The notes beneath the pieces were generated by a model that did no database searches, was not told where the DNA came from, and saw only the letters and a program-made list of their open reading frames with translations. Shown here piece by piece: positions 7,549 to 10,675 of a DNA stretch of 10,675 nt. Position 1 is the stretch's first letter. Each line of letters starts with the position of its first letter. This DNA is from Amoeboradix gromovi X-113 (taxonomy: Eukaryota; Fungi; Sanchytriomycota). The stretch is taken from positions 1 to 10,675 of the forward strand of contig JADGIF010000334.1 in the NCBI GenBank assembly GCA_018985225.1, given 5' to 3'. The translations under genes were made by a program, and so were the position numbers.

Positions 7549-9006
7549 TTATTTAAGTTTCTTGCTAGCTTCATGGTTTGCCTTTGCCCCTCTTTTTGTT
7601 TTCGTACTGCTGTACTTAAGCACGAGTTCATGTAAATTTGAAGGCATGTTGGTGTACACTAAGTTTGACAGATCATTGAATTGGTTCTCAACTGCTCTAT
7701 TCTCCTCTAAAATTAAAGTTTCTAGCTTACTTCGATGTGCTTCCAAGTATGGATCTTTTATATCCAAATAGTTTAAAACTTTGGTGTTATTTAGTAGTTC
7801 TGTGAAGCCATTCACCAATTCATCAGCCACAGTAACTGTTTCCGGGGAAACTGGATATCTTAAATCATCGCTCGTAGCCAATTCAATCATATAAAATCCT
7901 GCTGGCGCTATTTGTACACCATTCCGTAACAACTGTAACCTTGGTATGCAGTATCCATGCCTTGGTACCATAGATTTCGACGTTCTAAATCTTACAATAA
8001 GAGCTTTACGTTGTCTCCAGCATACTTGCAGTAGAGCGGTAAAGATCTTGCTGCTATTTTTTATTTTAAGATCACTTGGAAAGAAGAATTTTGACTCTTT
8101 TAGGCCTATTGGATCCATAGTCAACGGCACAACCTTTAGTATTTCAATACCAATGTCACATATGTTACGCAAAGCTACTTGTTCTTCTGGTGTGTAGACC
8201 ACCTTTATTTTTCCCTTTTTACCACCCAAATCATCCATTACGTATTCCACAGCCTTGCCTTTACATACAGGGCCAACGATTTCATATTCAGCATCTTCTT
8301 GTTCATCTATACTGTTACCAACAATATCGGGCGTGTCCATTGCTTTCTTAGATAAAGTTATTACTTTGGGCATTGAAAATTGCTTATAAAGCATAAAGAC
8401 CTTGACTCCGATGTCTATTGCACCTAGCTTTAGCGTTGTATCACTACTGGCCTTTTTTGGTTTTGATTCGAAAATGTTAAAATCCTTGGTCATTATCTCG
8501 CACAAATTGGAATTTCCTACAAGCTGACAATCTGAGTTCTGATCAATAATGTCATTTATCTTAGTGATAATTATCTTGCTTTGAACGTCATAATTGTCAT
8601 CGGTAATGAAAACTATACTCTTTGCTATGGTTACATCTTTTATTGAATGAGTGATCAAAAACAGAACCTTTTCAAAATCAGATTTATGATAGCTTTTATG
8701 GTCAATATCAAACGATTTAATGACATCGTAACATGATTTTGTAGCAATTTGAAGCGGAAGCACAACACAGACACCATCACTAGAAGCTGATTTAACAAGA
8801 ATGTCAGAGTTTTGCGAAGATGGCATAGACTCTAATGGGTGATTAAAGACAATGCAACCAATTTTATGCTCAATATTCTCATAAAACAAATCTTTGATTT
8901 TATGAAGTAGAAGGTGCTTTGAAAATGTATTGTAGTTAACAACAAATAAGACAGCTTGTCTTCCATTGTCCAGTAAGGTCTCGTAGTCATCTTCAAAGAA
9001 ATCCAT
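7549..9006 (-). CDS. KU70: Ku70 (XRCC6) NHEJ/telomere DNA end-binding subunit, divergent, 485 aa
   Basis: FFFPSDLKIKNSSKIFTALLQVC, QIAPAGFYMIELATSDDLR and IKDPYLEAHRSKLETLIL correspond to the Ku70 core and C-terminal arm. The N-terminus is acidic and followed by a vWA strand (QAVLFVVN). The first in-frame ATG is at 9006; the ORF-track start at 9069 is a TTG. Confidence 0.85.
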   Translation of the reverse strand: MDFFEDDYETLLDNGRQAVLFVVNYNTFSKHLLLHKIKDLFYENIEHKIGCIVFNHPLESMPSSQNSDILVKSASSDGVCVVLPLQIATKSCYDVIKSFDIDHKSYHKSDFEKVLFLITHSIKDVTIAKSIVFITDDNYDVQSKIIITKINDIIDQNSDCQLVGNSNLCEIMTKDFNIFESKPKKASSDTTLKLGAIDIGVKVFMLYKQFSMPKVITLSKKAMDTPDIVGNSIDEQEDAEYEIVGPVCKGKAVEYVMDDLGGKKGKIKVVYTPEEQVALRNICDIGIEILKVVPLTMDPIGLKESKFFFPSDLKIKNSSKIFTALLQVCWRQRKALIVRFRTSKSMVPRHGYCIPRLQLLRNGVQIAPAGFYMIELATSDDLRYPVSPETVTVADELVNGFTELLNNTKVLNYLDIKDPYLEAHRSKLETLILEENRAVENQFNDLSNLVYTNMPSNLHELVLKYSSTKTKRGAKANHEASKKLK

Positions 9007-9489
9007 TTGGGAGACAGTACAAAAACCAGAGAAACTCTTTGAAACAAATGTCTGAAAAATGTAAAACAATCTAACTAGTGCCCTGTGTGTTACATATGCT
9101 CTGAGCGAGCACTTGTTTGTTGTTAACCTTCCACGCCAGTGAGGTTTAACACCGTTACTTAGTAGACTCCAATAAATTAAAGATTGTTATAGCATGCAAC
9201 TCCATAACTACAGCAATTGGGTGCAATGGCGTATCCTTGCACTATAACGGTATCGCAAAAGTTCATGGCGAGCATAGCAGGTTTTGGTGTCGCAGAGAAA
9301 TAATTTTCCAACTGTATACCTCCAACCATTGGATTTAGGATCTTCCCTTCAATTTGGAATTTTTCGAAGCCTATCTTTCTTCGGTTCGTCCATATTAAAC
9401 TTTGGGTTTAATTTAAATTGCTTAGCTATGCACTTTTAAATTATCAGTTCAAGCTCTGATTGCTGAATAAATTTTGCGTAGGAGACAAG

Positions 9490-9563
9490 CACTTTTAGGT
9501 GGACTTGAACCGCCATCCTATCTATTACCAGTTTAACGCGTTAGCTGATTGCGCCACGAAAGC
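9490..9563 (-). pseudogene. Degenerate tRNA-Asn-like element (anticodon position now GGT)
   Basis: The 74-nt sequence GCTTTCGTGGCGCAATCAGCTAACGCGTTAAACTGGTAATAGATAGGATGGCGGTTCAAGTCCACCTAAAAGTG is colinear with eukaryotic tRNA-Asn(GTT). B-box GGTTCAAGTCC is intact. The anticodon stem TTAAA/TAGAT is broken, and the acceptor, D and T stems each have a C-A mismatch. Confidence 0.75.
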
Positions 9564-9611
9564 TCGAGAGACACTTGTATCAAATCAGTTTCACAAATAT
9601 TAATATTGTGA

Positions 9612-10079
9612 ATGGCCACTGAGCTAACAATTCAAGAAGAAGTTTTGGCTGCGAATTTAAGAATATCTTCCAAAACATTCATGGAGTTGAGGGAAATATT
9701 TGACTTAGTTGATTTAGACCATGGTGGGTCCATTCAAGCTAGTGAACTGTCTGAATTGATGAAAACTCTGGGAATGAATGATTGCGAAAGAATTGTTACG
9801 AAAATGATGAATGAATTTGGAAAAGATGACATTGATTTTGAATCGTTTTGTAAGTCAATGTGCAAAAAGTCAGACATTTATCAAGACAAGGAAGAGATCA
9901 GAGCAGCCTTCTTCTACCTATTTGGCAAGCACAACACAACTGTTAAGAGTATTGTGAATATTCTGCAGCAATATGTTAGCGATCCTAAACTTTTGGAAGT
10001 GGTCAAAAGCGTTATTCCAGGTGAAAAGTTAAACGTGCTACAGTTTCTTGATAAGTCCTTAGACTCATTCTCATCTTAA
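9612..10079 (+). CDS. Calmodulin/centrin-like EF-hand protein, 155 aa
   Basis: ELREIFDLVDLDHGGSIQASELSELMKTLG is a canonical EF-1. IDFESF and EEIRAAF mark degenerate further EF hands. Confidence 0.85.
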   Translation: MATELTIQEEVLAANLRISSKTFMELREIFDLVDLDHGGSIQASELSELMKTLGMNDCERIVTKMMNEFGKDDIDFESFCKSMCKKSDIYQDKEEIRAAFFYLFGKHNTTVKSIVNILQQYVSDPKLLEVVKSVIPGEKLNVLQFLDKSLDSFSS

Positions 10080-10487
10080 TAAAATGCTGCTGTTATGCCT
10101 CAAACTTTTTTAAATAGCTATCAATCACTTTGGAATACCCACTATAAAAATTAGACCACCTAACTTTAAGGATGTCTTCCTATTTATTATCGAAGTATTT
10201 CTACTATTATGTTTCCTATACCGACATGACCTCTTATCACTTAGTAAGAGATTGTCACTACTGGAATATTTAACTCAGTCCTGTTGTAAAAATTCTGGAC
10301 TTAATTGGGCTTGTGGCTACTTAAGGGTGATTGAAACAGTCTGGCAAGATTTAAGTGTGACTGCCTTTTAATTCTTCTTCTTTTCCTGAAATAGTAAAGA
10401 AATGACAAATAATATACACAGAACACACTATAACAATTGTAAAATGGTTCATGAAACGGAAACATCTGAGGCAATAGATACAACAAA

Positions 10488-10661
10488 TGGGACACCAAAT
10501 ATAAAAACTAGACTAACTCGTTTTTAAAGAAGGTGCTCCATACGGAGGAATGCTACCGTTAATAAAAGATCTTCTATCATACCAGTTTTCTTTCATTGAT
10601 TGTATTCCTCTTTTCAAAATAAAACTAGAAGAACTTACATCTCGTTCAAATAGAGGTCTTT
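10488..10661 (-). repeat. Right copy of the inverted repeat (partner 1-175)
   Basis: The reverse complement matches 1-175 at roughly 89%. It probably continues to the window end, where no partner sequence is available. Confidence 0.95.
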
Positions 10662-10675
10662 GAGCATCTAAGCAA

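Noticed and set aside
1876-9047. Short ORFs overlapping real genes (1876-2076, 2609-2845, 3536-3739, 4358-4669, 5178-5393, 5764-5958, 6123-6326, 6962-7144, 7141-7365, 7449-7631, 7520-7771, 7946-8197, 8832-9047)
   Set aside because: Antisense or alternate-frame shadows of well-supported genes with no motifs.
9007-9069. N-terminal extension of Ku70 in the ORF track
   Set aside because: Starts at TTG; the ATG at 9006 gives the typical acidic Ku70 N-terminus.
9177-9393. Minus-strand MDEPKKDRLRKIPN-TGA followed by an open +1 frame (antizyme-like frameshift or Sec readthrough)
   Set aside because: The downstream frames are short and show no antizyme or selenoprotein motifs.
636-10079. Non-standard genetic code or prokaryotic operon
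   Set aside because: TAA, TAG and TGA all end genes at expected positions and long ORFs have no internal stops. Adaptin, syntaxin, Ku70 and introns show the DNA is eukaryotic.
10301-10498. 65-aa minus-strand ORF
   Set aside because: Non-ATG start, no recognisable homology, runs out of the repeat edge.

Overview
AT-rich, very gene-dense eukaryotic nuclear DNA using the standard genetic code. It is probably from an early-diverging fungus or holomycotan, inferred from the fungal-type AP-2 beta N-terminus with a retained appendage. Eight genes: an HSL-family alpha/beta hydrolase (+), AP-2 beta adaptin (+), a plasma-membrane syntaxin (-), NR2C2AP-like (-), LipB/Lip2 octanoyltransferase (-), an alkyltransferase-like protein (-), Ku70 (-) and a calmodulin-like EF-hand protein (+). 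There is also a decayed tRNA-Asn-like element (-). The main discovery is two inferred spliceosomal introns of only 20 nt (4659-4678 on +, 5194-5213 on -) with identical geometry GT-N8-ACTAAY-YYAG. Both are phase 0 and carry an in-frame TAA inside the branch site, and removing them completes the adaptin and the syntaxin. The block is bracketed by a ~175 bp inverted repeat (~89% identical by hand alignment) at the window ends.
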